A stretch of DNA of 64,000 bases, taken from positions 594 through 64,593 of the forward strand of contig QKEJ01000111.1 in assembly GCA_003252375.1 (NCBI GenBank), given 5' to 3'. Of the stretch, positions 43,030-54,019 are shown piece by piece (the first letter of the stretch is position 1; every line of letters begins with the position of its first letter). The position numbers were made by a program, and so were the translations under genes. The notes below the pieces were generated by a model, which saw only the letters and a list, made by a program, of their open reading frames with translations, was not told the origin of the DNA and searched no databases. Origin of the DNA: Halodesulfovibrio sp. Its GTDB lineage: Bacteria > Desulfobacterota > Desulfovibrionia > Desulfovibrionales > Desulfovibrionaceae.

Positions 43030-43871
43030 CGAGACAGTCGCTGGTTAAAAAAAAACGTGCCCCGGTAACGAGTTCGGGCAATACGTACAACAGAAAGCGA
43101 AAGCGGATTCCAAGTGGAAGAAACTTTCCCAATCTGTGGCCATGGCTGATTACATTGTTTACTTTGAGCGTCTTTATTGTTATGCTCAGTGTCGCATTGC
43201 TCTATGTATACCGCTTCGTCACGGTGAGTGAGTATTTCGCGGTCAAGAACGTGACGATTTCGGGCAATGTCCGCCTGGGGGGCGGAGAGATTCAGGCGCT
43301 GGCAGGCCTGCAGACCGGGATGAACAGTCTTGCAGTGCGCATGGGAGAAGTGGAGACGAGGTTGCTGCGCAACCCCTGGATTGCCGGGGTTTCGGTGAAG
43401 CGGGAGTTGCCGGACACCTTCCACGTGACGATACACGAACGGATTCCGCGTTATTGGGTTCGGCAGGGGGATGCTCTGGCATACGCCGATGCCCGCGGCA
43501 ACACCATCTGCGAGGTGGGGCCGGAGAAGTTCACGTCACTGCCGCTTCTGACCGTGGACCAGGGAATGGAGCCGTGGCTTGATCAGCTTGCGGACATGGC
43601 GGGGGCACTGGAGACGGCGCGTCTCCCGCTGGATGTGAACAATGCTGCGTGGGTGCGGCTGAGCAGAAGCTCGGGGGTGGAGCTGTATTTGGAAAATGCC
43701 GACATGCTGCTGAGTATCGGGGTCGAGGATTGGAACGCCAATCTGAACCGCCTGGGAAAGGTGATGGATGATCTCGGCAGGCGCGGGGAACTGAAAACCG
43801 TACGGGAAGTGCGTGTGGCCGGTCCGAGCGTCTGGGTAAAGGCAGAAACGAATTTTTCCGTCGGCAGTTAA
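43026..43871 (+). CDS. ftsQ: cell division protein FtsQ/DivIB
   Basis: Basic N-terminus, single TM, POTRA-like (NPWI..VSVKRELPD..I.ER); lies before ftsA. Confidence 0.9.
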   Translation: MTRQSLVKKKRAPVTSSGNTYNRKRKRIPSGRNFPNLWPWLITLFTLSVFIVMLSVALLYVYRFVTVSEYFAVKNVTISGNVRLGGGEIQALAGLQTGMNSLAVRMGEVETRLLRNPWIAGVSVKRELPDTFHVTIHERIPRYWVRQGDALAYADARGNTICEVGPEKFTSLPLLTVDQGMEPWLDQLADMAGALETARLPLDVNNAAWVRLSRSSGVELYLENADMLLSIGVEDWNANLNRLGKVMDDLGRRGELKTVREVRVAGPSVWVKAETNFSVGS

Positions 43872-43893
43872 AGAATTTCTGGAGGTATGAAGC

Positions 43894-45120
43894 ATGGCCA
43901 AGTCTGACCTTATCGTGGGGCTCGATATCGGCACCACCAAAATCTGCGCCGTAGTGGGCGAGCCCACTCCTGACGGGGTGGATATCGTCGGTATTGGCAC
44001 TGCTCCCTCCACCGGGTTGCGCAAGGGTGTTGTGGTCAACATCGAACAGACCGTGCAGTCCATCAAGAAGGCGCTGGAGGAGGCCGAGCTCATGGCCGGG
44101 TGCGAAATCCGGTCCGTGTACGCGGGCATTGCCGGCAGCCACATAAAGGGCTTCAACAGCCACGGCGTCATCGCGGTGAAGGGCGGCGAAGTCGGTCCCA
44201 AGGACGTGGAGCGCGTCATCGACGCCGCCAAGGCCGTGGCCATTCCCCTGGACCGCGAGGTGATCCACATCCTGCCGCAGGAATACATCGTGGACGATCA
44301 GCGCGGCATTGCCGACCCGCTCGGCATGGCCGGGGTTCGCCTTGAAGTAAAGGTGCATATCGTGACCGGTGCCGTGACCAGCGCGCAGAACATCGTGCGC
44401 TCGTGCCACCGCAGCGGTCTGGACGTTTCCGATATCGTGCTGGAAGCCCTGGCCTCGTCCAAGGCCGTGCTCACGGAAGAGGAGCGCGAAATCGGTGTGG
44501 CCCTCGTGGACCTTGGCGGCGGCACCACCGACATTGCGGTCTTTGCCAACGACTCCATCAAGCACACCGGTGTGCTGGCCCTTGGCGGGCAGAACCTGAC
44601 CAACGACATTGCCTTTGGTCTGCGTACCCCCATGGTCAGTGCGGAAAAAATCAAGACCAAGTACGGCTGCGCCATGGCGGAGCTGGTGCGCGGGGACGAA
44701 ACCATCGAGGTTTCGAGCGTGGGCGACCGCGAACCCCGCAAGCTCTCGCGGCAGGTACTGGCGGAAATTTGCGAACCGCGCATGGAAGAGATCCTTTCCC
44801 TGGTGGATCAGGAACTTGTGCGTTCGGGATACAAGAACCTTATCGGTGCGGGCGTGGTGCTTACGGGCGGCACGGCTCTCATCGACGGGTGTCAGGAACT
44901 TGGTGAACAGATCTTCAACCTGCCCACGCGGATTGGCTATCCGCGCAACGTGGGCGGCCTGAAGGATGTAGTGAACAGCCCCAAATTCGCCACCGCGGTT
45001 GGTCTCCTGCGGTATGGCGCGGAAAAGGAAGGTTTGGAGCTGAAATTCCGCATCCGTGACGGCAATGTCTTCAACCGGGTCCTGTCCCGGATGAAGAAGT
45101 GGTTCTCGGACGTTTCCTAG
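43894..45120 (+). CDS. ftsA: cell division protein FtsA
   Basis: [31 protein letters not shown]-terminal amphipathic helix. Confidence 0.97.
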   Translation: MAKSDLIVGLDIGTTKICAVVGEPTPDGVDIVGIGTAPSTGLRKGVVVNIEQTVQSIKKALEEAELMAGCEIRSVYAGIAGSHIKGFNSHGVIAVKGGEVGPKDVERVIDAAKAVAIPLDREVIHILPQEYIVDDQRGIADPLGMAGVRLEVKVHIVTGAVTSAQNIVRSCHRSGLDVSDIVLEALASSKAVLTEEEREIGVALVDLGGGTTDIAVFANDSIKHTGVLALGGQNLTNDIAFGLRTPMVSAEKIKTKYGCAMAELVRGDETIEVSSVGDREPRKLSRQVLAEICEPRMEEILSLVDQELVRSGYKNLIGAGVVLTGGTALIDGCQELGEQIFNLPTRIGYPRNVGGLKDVVNSPKFATAVGLLRYGAEKEGLELKFRIRDGNVFNRVLSRMKKWFSDVS

Positions 45121-45190
45121 GCGTTGTCCGGAACCTGACGGCAACTGGTCTACACTGTTTGAAACGACATTGGCTAAAGGAGAGGCGAAC

Positions 45191-46519
45191 ATGGAATTTA
45201 TGGAAATTGAAAACGACAGCATGGCGAAAATCAAAGTCATAGGTGTCGGCGGTGGCGGCGGGAATGCCGTGAACAACATGATCAGCTCCGTGCTGCGCGG
45301 CGTGACCTTCATCACCGCGAACACGGACGTGCAGGCGCTGAACAATTCGCAGGCCGAATACAAGATCCAGCTCGGCGACAAGCTCACCAAGGGCCTTGGC
45401 GCAGGCGCCAACCCCTCGGTCGGCCGCGATGCAGCCCTGGAATCCATCGAGCAGATCCGCGCCGCCATCGGCGAGGCGGACATGGTCTTCGTGACCGCAG
45501 GCATGGGTGGCGGCACCGGTACCGGCGCAGCTCCCGTCATTGCGCAGGTCGCCAAGGAAATGGGCGCCCTGACTGTCGGCGTTGTGACCAAGCCCTTCTT
45601 TTTTGAGGGCAAGAAGCGCCTTGAAGCAGCCGAGGCTGGCATCGAGGCCTTCCGCGAGCATGTGGACTCCCTCATCACCATTCCCAACGACCGACTGCTC
45701 TCGCTTGCCGCCAAGAAGGCCACCTTTGTGGAGATGCTCAAGAAGGCGGATGAGATCCTCTATTTTGCCGTGAAGGGTATTTCCGACCTGATCATGGTGC
45801 CCGGCCTCATCAACCTGGACTTCGCAGACGTGAAGGCCGTGATGGGCGAATCCGGTCTGGCCATGATGGGTGCAGGCAGCGCCACCGGCGAATCCCGCGC
45901 ACGGGAAGCAGCCATGAAGGCCATCACCAGCCCCCTGCTGGAAGACGTGTCCATTGACGGTGCCCGCGGCGTGCTCATGAACATTACCTGCTCTTCCGAC
46001 CTGACCATCGAGGAAGTATCCGAAGCTGCCGGCGCCATTCAGGAAGCCGCGCATGACGATGCACGCATCTTCTTCGGTACCGTCTTCGACGACGCCATCG
46101 GCGATGAAATGCGTATTACCGTCATTGCCACGGGTATTGACGCCATGCGCGCTGAAACCCAGGGCAACGGCGGCCGGACCATGACCTCCGGCGGTAAGGT
46201 TACCCCCATGCGCAACGCCGCTCCGGCTCCCAAGGCAGCCCCGGCTCCGCGTGCGCAGCAGGCAGCCCCGCAGTATCAGCCCCAGAACGCACAGCCTGCC
46301 CAGAGCAAGCATGAGGTCATTACCCGTCCTGCACCCGCACGGGGGCTTGGCAACTTTACCGAGGAAGACCGGAATATTCCCGCCTACCTGCGCCGTCAGG
46401 GCCAGGTTGCCCAGGCAGCACAGCAGGCAGCCAGCCTGCATCAGCCCGGCGAGGATGATTTCGTGTTTGACGAGGACGAATTCGAGATTCCTTCCTTCAT
46501 TCGCAAGCAGGCCGACTAG
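45191..46519 (+). CDS. ftsZ: cell division protein FtsZ
   Basis: [26 protein letters not shown]-terminal EIPSFIRK. Confidence 0.98.
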   Translation: MEFMEIENDSMAKIKVIGVGGGGGNAVNNMISSVLRGVTFITANTDVQALNNSQAEYKIQLGDKLTKGLGAGANPSVGRDAALESIEQIRAAIGEADMVFVTAGMGGGTGTGAAPVIAQVAKEMGALTVGVVTKPFFFEGKKRLEAAEAGIEAFREHVDSLITIPNDRLLSLAAKKATFVEMLKKADEILYFAVKGISDLIMVPGLINLDFADVKAVMGESGLAMMGAGSATGESRAREAAMKAITSPLLEDVSIDGARGVLMNITCSSDLTIEEVSEAAGAIQEAAHDDARIFFGTVFDDAIGDEMRITVIATGIDAMRAETQGNGGRTMTSGGKVTPMRNAAPAPKAAPAPRAQQAAPQYQPQNAQPAQSKHEVITRPAPARGLGNFTEEDRNIPAYLRRQGQVAQAAQQAASLHQPGEDDFVFDEDEFEIPSFIRKQAD

Positions 46520-46573
46520 GTTCGCCTGCGCGTCCGTCCCTGTCCGCGTGGCGTACCGCCCGTTGGCATGACG

Positions 46574-46760
46574 GAGGAACGGAAGTCGTTTCCCGTGGAT
46601 TGATCCACAGGCGGCCTGCGTATGCGCTGCCGGTGCGTCTCCACCTTCGCCTCTGCTGTCGCACTCCGGGTCGGGGGACCCGGTCGCACCGTCGTTTGCG
46701 ACGACAGCACAAGGCCGCACGGCACTGAGCCGTGCTCACAAACAGGTAGACCCTGTGCTC
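46574..46760 (+). ncRNA. candidate structured RNA in the ftsZ 3' region
   Basis: Several nested and adjacent perfect stems in a 345-bp intergenic gap (see findings). Confidence 0.3.
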
Positions 46761-46802
46761 AGGTTTGGAATTTACGCCTCTCCTTGCCTGATCACAGTAC
46801 AT

Positions 46803-46835
46803 TAAAAGGCCGCTCCACAGGGGGGCGGCCTTTTA
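46803..46835. terminator. bidirectional terminator ending the dcw cluster
   Basis: TAAAAGGCCGCTCC...GGGGCGGCCTTTTA. Confidence 0.85.
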
Positions 46836-46864
46836 TACTGCATTCTTTCGATAGCGCATCGGTT

Positions 46865-47302
46865 CTAGCTGGGCGCGTTTTCCCGCTTCACATAATAGAC
46901 CGCACGCCCCTCGGCCAGCTTGGTGTCCGGCATGGATGCCGCAAAGACGTGGATATGCACGTTGGCGATGCGGTTTCCCAGCATGCGCACCTCACCCTCG
47001 GCCACAAGGTCCTCGAAGGGGGCCGGGTGCTGGTAATCCACGCGCATGTCTATGGTGGCGGTCTTGTCCGCCGGACCAAAGTGCGTCCACAGGGCGACGG
47101 CGCCGCAGATGTCCACCAGCATGGCGGTGATGCCGCCGTGCATGACGCCGCGAATCTCGTTTCCCTTGAATTCCTCGCGGAAGGGCAGGCACACCTTGGC
47201 AAAGCCGGGGCGTGCGTCCAGCACCTTCACTCCCAGAAAACGGTGGAAGGGAATATCCTCTTCGACGAACCGGATCAGGTCCTTGTGTACGGATGTGTTC
47301 AT
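46865..47302 (-). CDS. PaaI family hotdog-fold thioesterase
   Basis: PFHRFLG, MHGGITAMLVD, TIDMRVDY; start may be 47338. Confidence 0.85.
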   Translation of the reverse strand: MNTSVHKDLIRFVEEDIPFHRFLGVKVLDARPGFAKVCLPFREEFKGNEIRGVMHGGITAMLVDICGAVALWTHFGPADKTATIDMRVDYQHPAPFEDLVAEGEVRMLGNRIANVHIHVFAASMPDTKLAEGRAVYYVKRENAPS

Positions 47303-47358
47303 GCCGTGGGTGTAGCGCCATTCCGGGCGCGAGTCCATGGTCAGTACCGTGGGTATCC

Positions 47359-48288
47359 TCAGACGGTTTTTCTGAAGGCTCCCGGCCCCATGCCGTATTC
47401 CTGCTTGAACCGGCGTGTGAAAGAGGTGACGGAGGCGTAGCCGCAGCGTGCGGCAATGGCCTCCGTGGACAGGCTTGTTCCGGCCATAAGGGAGCGGGCC
47501 TTTATGAGCCGCCATGCCGTCAGATAGCTGATGGGCGGCACGCCGACGAGTTCGCCGAAGCGCTCGGCAAACCGGGCTCGGGACATGCCGGCCTCTCCGG
47601 CCAGAGATGCAATGGTCCATGCGGCCTGCGGCTTGCCGTGCATTGCCTGCAATGCGCGCGCGATGCGTACATCCTGCAGGGCGGCCAGAAAGCCGGGCTG
47701 CACTGTGTTCCCGGAAGCGGCAACATGCCGGACGGCATGGAGGAGCAGTACCTCCAGCAGACGGCTCAGGACACCCGTCGCGCCTGGTGCGCTCTGCTCC
47801 GACTCCATGGCGAGCAGGCGCAGGGCGGTGTGCGTGCACGGTTCATCCTGCAACACGGCGGGACAAAGCACCATGCTGGAAGGAAGGGTCGTGAGCACGG
47901 GGTGGTCCGCCGCTTCGTCGAACCGGGCGTATCCGCATAGCATCCTGACCTGTGGTTCTCCCTTGCCGAAGGAAAGGGTGCCGTCCTCCATGCTGCCCGT
48001 GGTCATGGCCTGTTCCAGACTGACAGGCGTGCTATCCGGACGGGCGGAGAGAATCTGCGATGCGCCGTTGGGAATGATAGCAAGGTCGCCCGTGTCCAGA
48101 AGAACGGCTTCTCTGCCGGGAACCCTCAGGTGGCAGGATCCTTCCCTGATAAGGTGGAAGCGGATGCTGCGCCGTTCCTGCGGCACGGCAATGGAAAAAT
48201 CTCCAGCGAACCGGGCATGGAAGTACAGGTTGGCGTGGAGACGTAGGGTGGAGAACGTGTCCGAGAGTATGTCGGGCTGGTGCATCAT
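47359..48288 (-). CDS. AraC family regulator with N-terminal cupin (RclR-like)
   Basis: FHLIREGSC, WTIASLAGEAGMSRARFAERF, CGYASVTSFTRRFK. Confidence 0.88.
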   Translation of the reverse strand: MMHQPDILSDTFSTLRLHANLYFHARFAGDFSIAVPQERRSIRFHLIREGSCHLRVPGREAVLLDTGDLAIIPNGASQILSARPDSTPVSLEQAMTTGSMEDGTLSFGKGEPQVRMLCGYARFDEAADHPVLTTLPSSMVLCPAVLQDEPCTHTALRLLAMESEQSAPGATGVLSRLLEVLLLHAVRHVAASGNTVQPGFLAALQDVRIARALQAMHGKPQAAWTIASLAGEAGMSRARFAERFGELVGVPPISYLTAWRLIKARSLMAGTSLSTEAIAARCGYASVTSFTRRFKQEYGMGPGAFRKTV

Positions 48289-48401
48289 GCCTCCGGGCGC
48301 AGAGATTGAGACGATCGGATAATACTATGGGATGGCGTGAGCATGCGGTGCTCCGTGCGTTGTGTCAGTATGCCGGAAACAACGGATAACGGAGATTGCT
48401 C

Positions 48402-49013
48402 ATGACACCGGATATGGTTTTTTCCTTGCTCGGGTTCGCCGGGATTATGTCATTGTCTCCCGGTCCTGCCAACTTCATGTTGTTGGCATCCGGGGCGAAC
48501 TTCGGGGTACGGCGTTCACTGCCGTTGCTTTTCGGCATCAGTTTCGGTTTTCTCTTCATGGTGTTGCTGATGGGGCTGGGGCTGGGTGAAGTGCTGCGCA
48601 TGTACCCGCAGATTGCCCTTGTGCTGCGTATCGTCTGCGGGGCGTATGTGCTGTGGCTGGCGTTACGGATCGCACGCAGCCGTCCCGCGCTCAGGGAAGA
48701 GGGGGCGGGAGGCGGTATGTCCGCGCCCATCGGCTTTGTGCAGGCGGCGCTCTTCCAGTGGCTCAATCCCAAGGCATGGGCGGTGGCGCTACTTGTGACC
48801 GTGACCTATCAGATACCCGGCCCCCGCCTCGTGTCGTTGGGTCTGACCATAGGGCTGTTCGGGCTGGTCAACATTCCATGCATAGGGGCGTGGGCAGTGT
48901 CCGGCGCGGCGTTGTGCCGGTTCCTTTCCAGAGGGAGGAGGGTGGCCACGTTCAACATAGTCATGGCGGCACTGCTTGTGGCGTTCACCATTCCCATGCT
49001 CTTCGGGGCATGA
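48402..49013 (+). CDS. LysE/RhtB family exporter
   Basis: SPGPANFM, GAYVLWLA, FQWLNPKAW; multi-TM. Confidence 0.88.
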   Translation: MTPDMVFSLLGFAGIMSLSPGPANFMLLASGANFGVRRSLPLLFGISFGFLFMVLLMGLGLGEVLRMYPQIALVLRIVCGAYVLWLALRIARSRPALREEGAGGGMSAPIGFVQAALFQWLNPKAWAVALLVTVTYQIPGPRLVSLGLTIGLFGLVNIPCIGAWAVSGAALCRFLSRGRRVATFNIVMAALLVAFTIPMLFGA

Positions 49014-49042
49014 AAAAAGGAGGCGCCGTAAGCGCCTCCTTT
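49013..49042. terminator. bidirectional terminator
   Basis: AAAAAAGGAGGCGC-CGTAA-GCGCCTCCTTT. Confidence 0.8.
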
Positions 49043-49056
49043 CGGTCGTGATGTTG

Positions 49057-50079
49057 CTAGAGCCCCTTTGCGGCCATCATGGCGATGAGGTCGCCAACGC
49101 GGCAGGAATAGCCCCATTCGTTGTCATACCATGAGTAGACCTTGGCCATGTTTCCGGACTGCATCATGGTGAAGTCGGCCTCGACGATGGAGGAACGAGG
49201 GTCACCCACGAAGTCCGAGGAGACCAGCGGCTCGGTGGAGTAGCCCAGAATGCCCTTGAGCGGACCTTCTGAGGCCGCCTTGAGCACGGCACGCAGTTCC
49301 TCGGTAGTGGTGTCCTTGTCCAGTTCGCATACGAAGTCCACAAGGGAGACCGTGGGCGTGGGAACGCGCACGGAGTAGCCGGAGAACTTGCCTGCCATTT
49401 CCGGAATGACCAGCGCCACGGCCTTGGCCGCACCGGTGGAGGTCGGAATCATGTTGCAGGCGGCGGCGCGGGCGCGGCGCAGGTCTGAGTGGGGCAGGTC
49501 CAGAATGCGCTGGTCGTTGGTGTAGGAGTGGATGGTGGTCATCACGCCCTTCCGGATGCCGTAGGCCTCGTGCATGACCTTGACCACGGGGGCAAGGCAG
49601 TTGGTGGTGCAGGAGGCGTTGGAAATGATGTGGTGCTTGGCCGGATCATACGCCTTGTCGTTCACGCCCATGACGATGGTGATGTCCTCTTCCTTGGCCG
49701 GGGCGGAGATGATGACCTTCTTGGCTCCCGCCTCTATGTGCATGGCCGCCTTGGGGCCGGTGCGGAAGATACCGGTGGATTCCACCACCACGTCCACGTT
49801 CTGGCTGGCCCACGGGATGAGCCGGGGGTCTCGTTCCGCAAAGTTGGTGACGGTGAAGTCGCTGCCGACCTTGAATGTGGAGCCTTCCACCGTGACCTTG
49901 GGCTCGAACGGTCCGTAGCTGGTGTCATGCGCCAGCAGGTGGGCGTTGGTGTTGATGTCGAAGAGGTCGTTTACGGCCACCACTTCAATGGTGTCGCGGT
50001 GATACTGCCATATGGATCTGAGAACCTGTCGGCCGATGCGGCCGAAGCCGTTGATGCCTACACGTACTTTCTTACTCAT
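49057..50079 (-). CDS. gap: type I glyceraldehyde-3-phosphate dehydrogenase
   Basis: [45 protein letters not shown]; GGAGGA RBS. Confidence 0.96.
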   Translation of the reverse strand: MSKKVRVGINGFGRIGRQVLRSIWQYHRDTIEVVAVNDLFDINTNAHLLAHDTSYGPFEPKVTVEGSTFKVGSDFTVTNFAERDPRLIPWASQNVDVVVESTGIFRTGPKAAMHIEAGAKKVIISAPAKEEDITIVMGVNDKAYDPAKHHIISNASCTTNCLAPVVKVMHEAYGIRKGVMTTIHSYTNDQRILDLPHSDLRRARAAACNMIPTSTGAAKAVALVIPEMAGKFSGYSVRVPTPTVSLVDFVCELDKDTTTEELRAVLKAASEGPLKGILGYSTEPLVSSDFVGDPRSSIVEADFTMMQSGNMAKVYSWYDNEWGYSCRVGDLIAMMAAKGL

Positions 50080-50142
50080 GCTATCCTCCGTCGCGGACGT
50101 GCCGCGTGATGGTCTTGGCAAAGCCCGTCCGGGCCTTTGTGT

Positions 50143-50703
50143 CTAGTCTTCGAACACTTGGTACACGTAGGCGTTGGCCAGTTCGCTTGCGCGCTTGAGC
50201 GCGTGGAACATGCGGGCGTTTTCAAGGGCGATGCCGCACAGGTTGGCTATGCAGCTTATGAATTCGAGCTCGTCTTCGGTAAAGGTTCTCGTTTCGGCGG
50301 CATAGACGCGCAGGACACCGATCACCTTGTTTCCGTGAGCCGTAAGCGGCACCACCACGAGGGAGACGAGGCCTTCCTCCGACGCCTGCTGCGGGTACTG
50401 GAACCTGCTGTCGCTGCGTACGTCGGCTATGTATATGGAGTTGCCCTCCAGGACCGTCTGGTCAAGCTTGCTCTTGGCCACTTCAACAGGTCCCTTGGCG
50501 GCGTAGCGCTCGCTGAGCCCGTAATAGGCGTCCGGCTTAAGGATCGTTCCGCTGCGGTCCAGCAGGCGAATGAAGCACCCCTTGGCTCCCATGGCCTTGG
50601 CTACCTGCTCGACAATCTGCCCCAGCACGACCTTGGGTTCGAGCGAGGAGTTCACGACCTTGGCTATCTTGTAAATGGTCTTGTACAATGCTTTTGATTC
50701 CAT
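50143..50703 (-). CDS. stand-alone GAF domain protein
   Basis: SSLE..VL..IV, IADVRSDSRF, SLVVVPL...VIGVL, FTEDE, ALENARMF. Confidence 0.85.
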   Translation of the reverse strand: MESKALYKTIYKIAKVVNSSLEPKVVLGQIVEQVAKAMGAKGCFIRLLDRSGTILKPDAYYGLSERYAAKGPVEVAKSKLDQTVLEGNSIYIADVRSDSRFQYPQQASEEGLVSLVVVPLTAHGNKVIGVLRVYAAETRTFTEDELEFISCIANLCGIALENARMFHALKRASELANAYVYQVFED

Positions 50704-50981
50704 TTGGTTACCTGCCTTTCTTGGTTGGACTCGCCTGCTATGGGGAAAAGCTCGCGAGACGGAGCGAAAAACGTGGTGATCATGCGGATGCAAATTCCTG
50801 TCAGCATACCATACCTGAAGGCATGTGGACAGGGAGAACAGATATATACCCTAGAATATCATGCATCAGCGCGGAAGGCCAAGGAAAAGCCTGCTCCGCC
50901 ACGGACCGGGGACGGAAAGGGCCGTGCAAGAGGCTTCTGCCCTCCTGCACGGCCGTGTCGTAAGGCGGTACGCACGACTGC

Positions 50982-51602
50982 TCAGTTGCCACGTCGCGCC
51001 AGGGCCATGCCCAGCCCTGCCAGGATCATCAGTCCCCCTCCGGTCCGCATGGCCGGGCCGGCGATGTTGCGCTTTTGCAGGGTGGTGCGGGCCTTTCCCG
51101 CAGCAATGGCCCACAGTGCGGTCACGCCGAAGGTGATTATCAGAAAGGTGGGAATAATGTACGCCAGCTGCACGCCGATGGGGCGTGCAGTTTCCACGAA
51201 CTGGGGAAGGAAGGCGGCGATGAAGACCAGACTCTTGGGATTCGGAACCGTGACTAACAGACCCTGGACAAAGAGGTTTGTCCGTGAGGTACGGAGGCTC
51301 TCCAGATCGGGCAGCGCATCCGAGGAGCGCCATTGCTGGATGCCGAGATAGACAAGATAGGCTGCGCCTGCCCATCGGACATAGGTGAACACTGCGGCTG
51401 TCGTTTCCAGCAGTGAGGTGAGTCCGATCGCTGCAACGAGAAGCTGGACCGCTATGCCGGCCGTGGCACCGGCCACCGTGAGCAGAGCTGGTCTCCAGCC
51501 GAAGGCGATACTGTGCCCCACGGTCAGCAGCACGCTGGGGCCGGGCAGGGCGATCATGAGAGCTGTTGCCGCGACAAAGGCCATAAACAAATGTGTATCC
51601 AT
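50982..51602 (-). CDS. LysE/RhtB family exporter
   Basis: PGPSVLL, GAAYLVYLG, NPKSLVFIAAFLPQF; GGAGG RBS. Confidence 0.88.
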   Translation of the reverse strand: MDTHLFMAFVAATALMIALPGPSVLLTVGHSIAFGWRPALLTVAGATAGIAVQLLVAAIGLTSLLETTAAVFTYVRWAGAAYLVYLGIQQWRSSDALPDLESLRTSRTNLFVQGLLVTVPNPKSLVFIAAFLPQFVETARPIGVQLAYIIPTFLIITFGVTALWAIAAGKARTTLQKRNIAGPAMRTGGGLMILAGLGMALARRGN

Positions 51603-51755
51603 CGTGATCTAAACCTCCGGAGGGTGGGGTATGAATGGAGCCGGAGACGGGAATCCGTTTCCGGCCAGTGCCATGTTCATATTCCGGAGCGTAGCAAAGT
51701 TTGGAGGGAAAGAATGTGCACGGAGGCCGCTCTTTTTGTCCGGGAGGCTTTCTCG

Positions 51756-52466
51756 TTACCGCTTCCGCGCATGACGGGGTGAATGTCCATGGTATCTCTG
51801 AAAGCTGCGGCTGAAGGCGGATGTGTCTCCATAGCCTACCATCTCAGCCACCATTCCCACCGGGAAGTCGGTGTGGGCCAGCAGAGCCCGGGCCTTGTCC
51901 ATGCGCAGGCGCAGGAGATACCGGCCGGGCGTCATCCCAGTCTCGCGTTTGAACAGTTTCTTGAACTGACTGACGCTCAGCGTTGCGACGGAGGCCAGTT
52001 CAGGAAGTTCGGCTGAAATGGATACGTCCTGCTCAAACCGTTCAAGAACCCGTGCAATACGGGGGTCGATCTGGGGCAGAAACTCCACCTCGTCGAGTAG
52101 CTGGGTGAACAGCGCGCTGATGCCCTTTTCCAGTTCCGGGTTGAGCCGGTGTTCGAACTGCTGCCCCACGAAAAGACAGAATGCCTGCAGGGGGGGCGGA
52201 ACGGAAACGATGGGATGCGCCAGATCCTGCAGGGCCCCCGGCAACGCCGTCAGGTCCGCCACCAGAAACCGGGACTGATCGTCGGGAACGCAGCGGTGCA
52301 TGCATCCGGCCGGGAACACGATGCCCTGTCCGGGACCGATGCGTCCGTCGCCCCTGTCCGTGAAATTCTCTGCTCCGCCCCACAGGGCGATGACCAGCTG
52401 GGGGAATGTGTGGCTGTGGCTGAAGCCGGCACCGGTGAATGTCCGAATGGTCAGTTTGCTCGTCAT
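51756..52466 (-). CDS. AraC family regulator
   Basis: HSH cupin N-terminus; LSVSQFKKLFK, LRMDKARALL, VGYGDTSAFSRSF. Confidence 0.88.
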   Translation of the reverse strand: MTSKLTIRTFTGAGFSHSHTFPQLVIALWGGAENFTDRGDGRIGPGQGIVFPAGCMHRCVPDDQSRFLVADLTALPGALQDLAHPIVSVPPPLQAFCLFVGQQFEHRLNPELEKGISALFTQLLDEVEFLPQIDPRIARVLERFEQDVSISAELPELASVATLSVSQFKKLFKRETGMTPGRYLLRLRMDKARALLAHTDFPVGMVAEMVGYGDTSAFSRSFQRYHGHSPRHARKR

Positions 52467-52614
52467 CCCTTCTCACCTCCGGGGCGATGCACATGGGCGC
52501 GGATGCAACAGGCGGGCTCGCAGACATGTGGTGGCCGGGGCGCAGACCGTTGCGCCGCAGAGAGTAGTGCAGGTTGGTTTTTGCCGCAACCGGGAAGGGC
52601 CGGGCGGGAGGCGC

Positions 52615-52648
52615 AAAAAAAACGCCGCAGCCCTGCGGCTGCGGCGTT
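52615..52648 (-). terminator. terminator after frr
   Basis: AACGCCGCAGCC-CTGC-GGCTGCGGCGTT with A8 tract on plus. Confidence 0.85.
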
Positions 52649-52672
52649 ACGGAATCAATGCGGGAGTGGCCG

Positions 52673-53227
52673 TTAGATGGCCATGATTTCGGCTTCCTTG
52701 GCGGCGCCGCGTTCGTCGGCCTTGGCAACGTAGGTATCGGTGAGTTTCTGCACCTCTTCCTGGCCCTGGCGACATTCGTCTTCGGTGATTTCCTTGGCCT
52801 TTTCCAGCTTCTTGATCTGGTCATTGGCATCGCGGCGTACATTGCGTACGGCGACCTTGCCGTCCTCGATGTACTTCTTGGCGAGCTTGACCAGTTCCTT
52901 GCGGCGTTCCTCGGTCAGCATGGGGATGCTGATGCGGATGAGGCGGCCGTCGTTCATGGGCGTCAGGCCGAGGTTGGAGTTGATGATGGCCTTTTCCACC
53001 AGGGCGAAGGCGCCCTTGTCCCACGGCTGGATGGTGATGCTGCGGCTGTCGGGCACGGCAACGGAGGCCAGCTGCTTGATGGGGGTGGGGGTGCCGTAAT
53101 AGTCCACCACGATGTTGTCGACCAGTGCGGTGGAGGCCCGGCCGGTGCGCAGCGACGAGAAGTCGCGCTCAAGGGCGGTGATGGCCTTTTCCATTTTTTC
53201 TTCGGCTTCAAGAAGGATGTCATCCAT
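52673..53227 (-). CDS. frr: ribosome recycling factor
   Basis: [34 protein letters not shown]. Confidence 0.97.
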   Translation of the reverse strand: MDDILLEAEEKMEKAITALERDFSSLRTGRASTALVDNIVVDYYGTPTPIKQLASVAVPDSRSITIQPWDKGAFALVEKAIINSNLGLTPMNDGRLIRISIPMLTEERRKELVKLAKKYIEDGKVAVRNVRRDANDQIKKLEKAKEITEDECRQGQEEVQKLTDTYVAKADERGAAKEAEIMAI

Positions 53228-53232
53228 GGGGG

Positions 53233-53949
53233 CTATTCTCCTTGTACGATAGTGCCGATGTTCTCGCCCTGCATCATGCGCTTGATGTCACCCTTGTACA
53301 GGTTGCAGACAAGAATCGGAACGTTGTTTTCCATGCACAGCGTAATGGCCGTAGAGTCCATGACGCCGAGTTTCTTTTGCAGTACTTCAATGTAGCTGAG
53401 CTGGTTGAACATGACGGCGTCGCTGTGCTTCTGCGGGTCCTTGTCGTACACGCCGTCCACCTTGGTGGCCTTGACGATGGCGTCGCACTTCAGTTCCATG
53501 CCGCGCAGCGCTGCAGCCGTATCGGTGGTGAAGTAGGGGTTGCCGGTGCCTGCGGCGCAGATGACGATGCGTCCCTTTTCGAGATGCCGTTCCGCACGGC
53601 GACGAATGTAGGGTTCGCATACCTCCTGCATCGTGATGGCGGAAAGCACGCGGGTGGGGTGGCCCAGCTTTTCAAGCTGATCCTGCACGGCAAGGGCGTT
53701 GAGGACGGTTGCCATCATGCCCATGTAGTCGGCCGAGGAGCGGTCCATGCCCTTGGCGGACGAGGACAGTCCGCGGAAGATGTTGCCACCGCCGATGACC
53801 AGCACGACCTGGATTCCCATGTCAGCCACTTCAGCGATTTCTCGACATATCTTCGAAACAGTTTCAGGGTCAATACCGAATTTTTCTTCTCCGGCCAAAG
53901 CCTCGCCGCTCAGTTTCAGCAGCACGCGATTGAAGCGCAGGTCGCTCAT
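53233..53949 (-). CDS. pyrH: UMP kinase
   Basis: [43 protein letters not shown]. Confidence 0.97.
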   Translation of the reverse strand: MSDLRFNRVLLKLSGEALAGEEKFGIDPETVSKICREIAEVADMGIQVVLVIGGGNIFRGLSSSAKGMDRSSADYMGMMATVLNALAVQDQLEKLGHPTRVLSAITMQEVCEPYIRRRAERHLEKGRIVICAAGTGNPYFTTDTAAALRGMELKCDAIVKATKVDGVYDKDPQKHSDAVMFNQLSYIEVLQKKLGVMDSTAITLCMENNVPILVCNLYKGDIKRMMQGENIGTIVQGE

Positions 53950-54019
53950 GTCCAAACCTCTGGGTTGTTCGTTGCAGTGCGTATACAAAAAATATGGCGG
54001 ACTGGCCGCCACAAATACA

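Noticed and set aside
43047-43055. A9 tract in ftsQ as a phase-variation site
   Set aside because: In frame (Lys-Lys-Lys) in an essential gene and within a generally AT-rich patch
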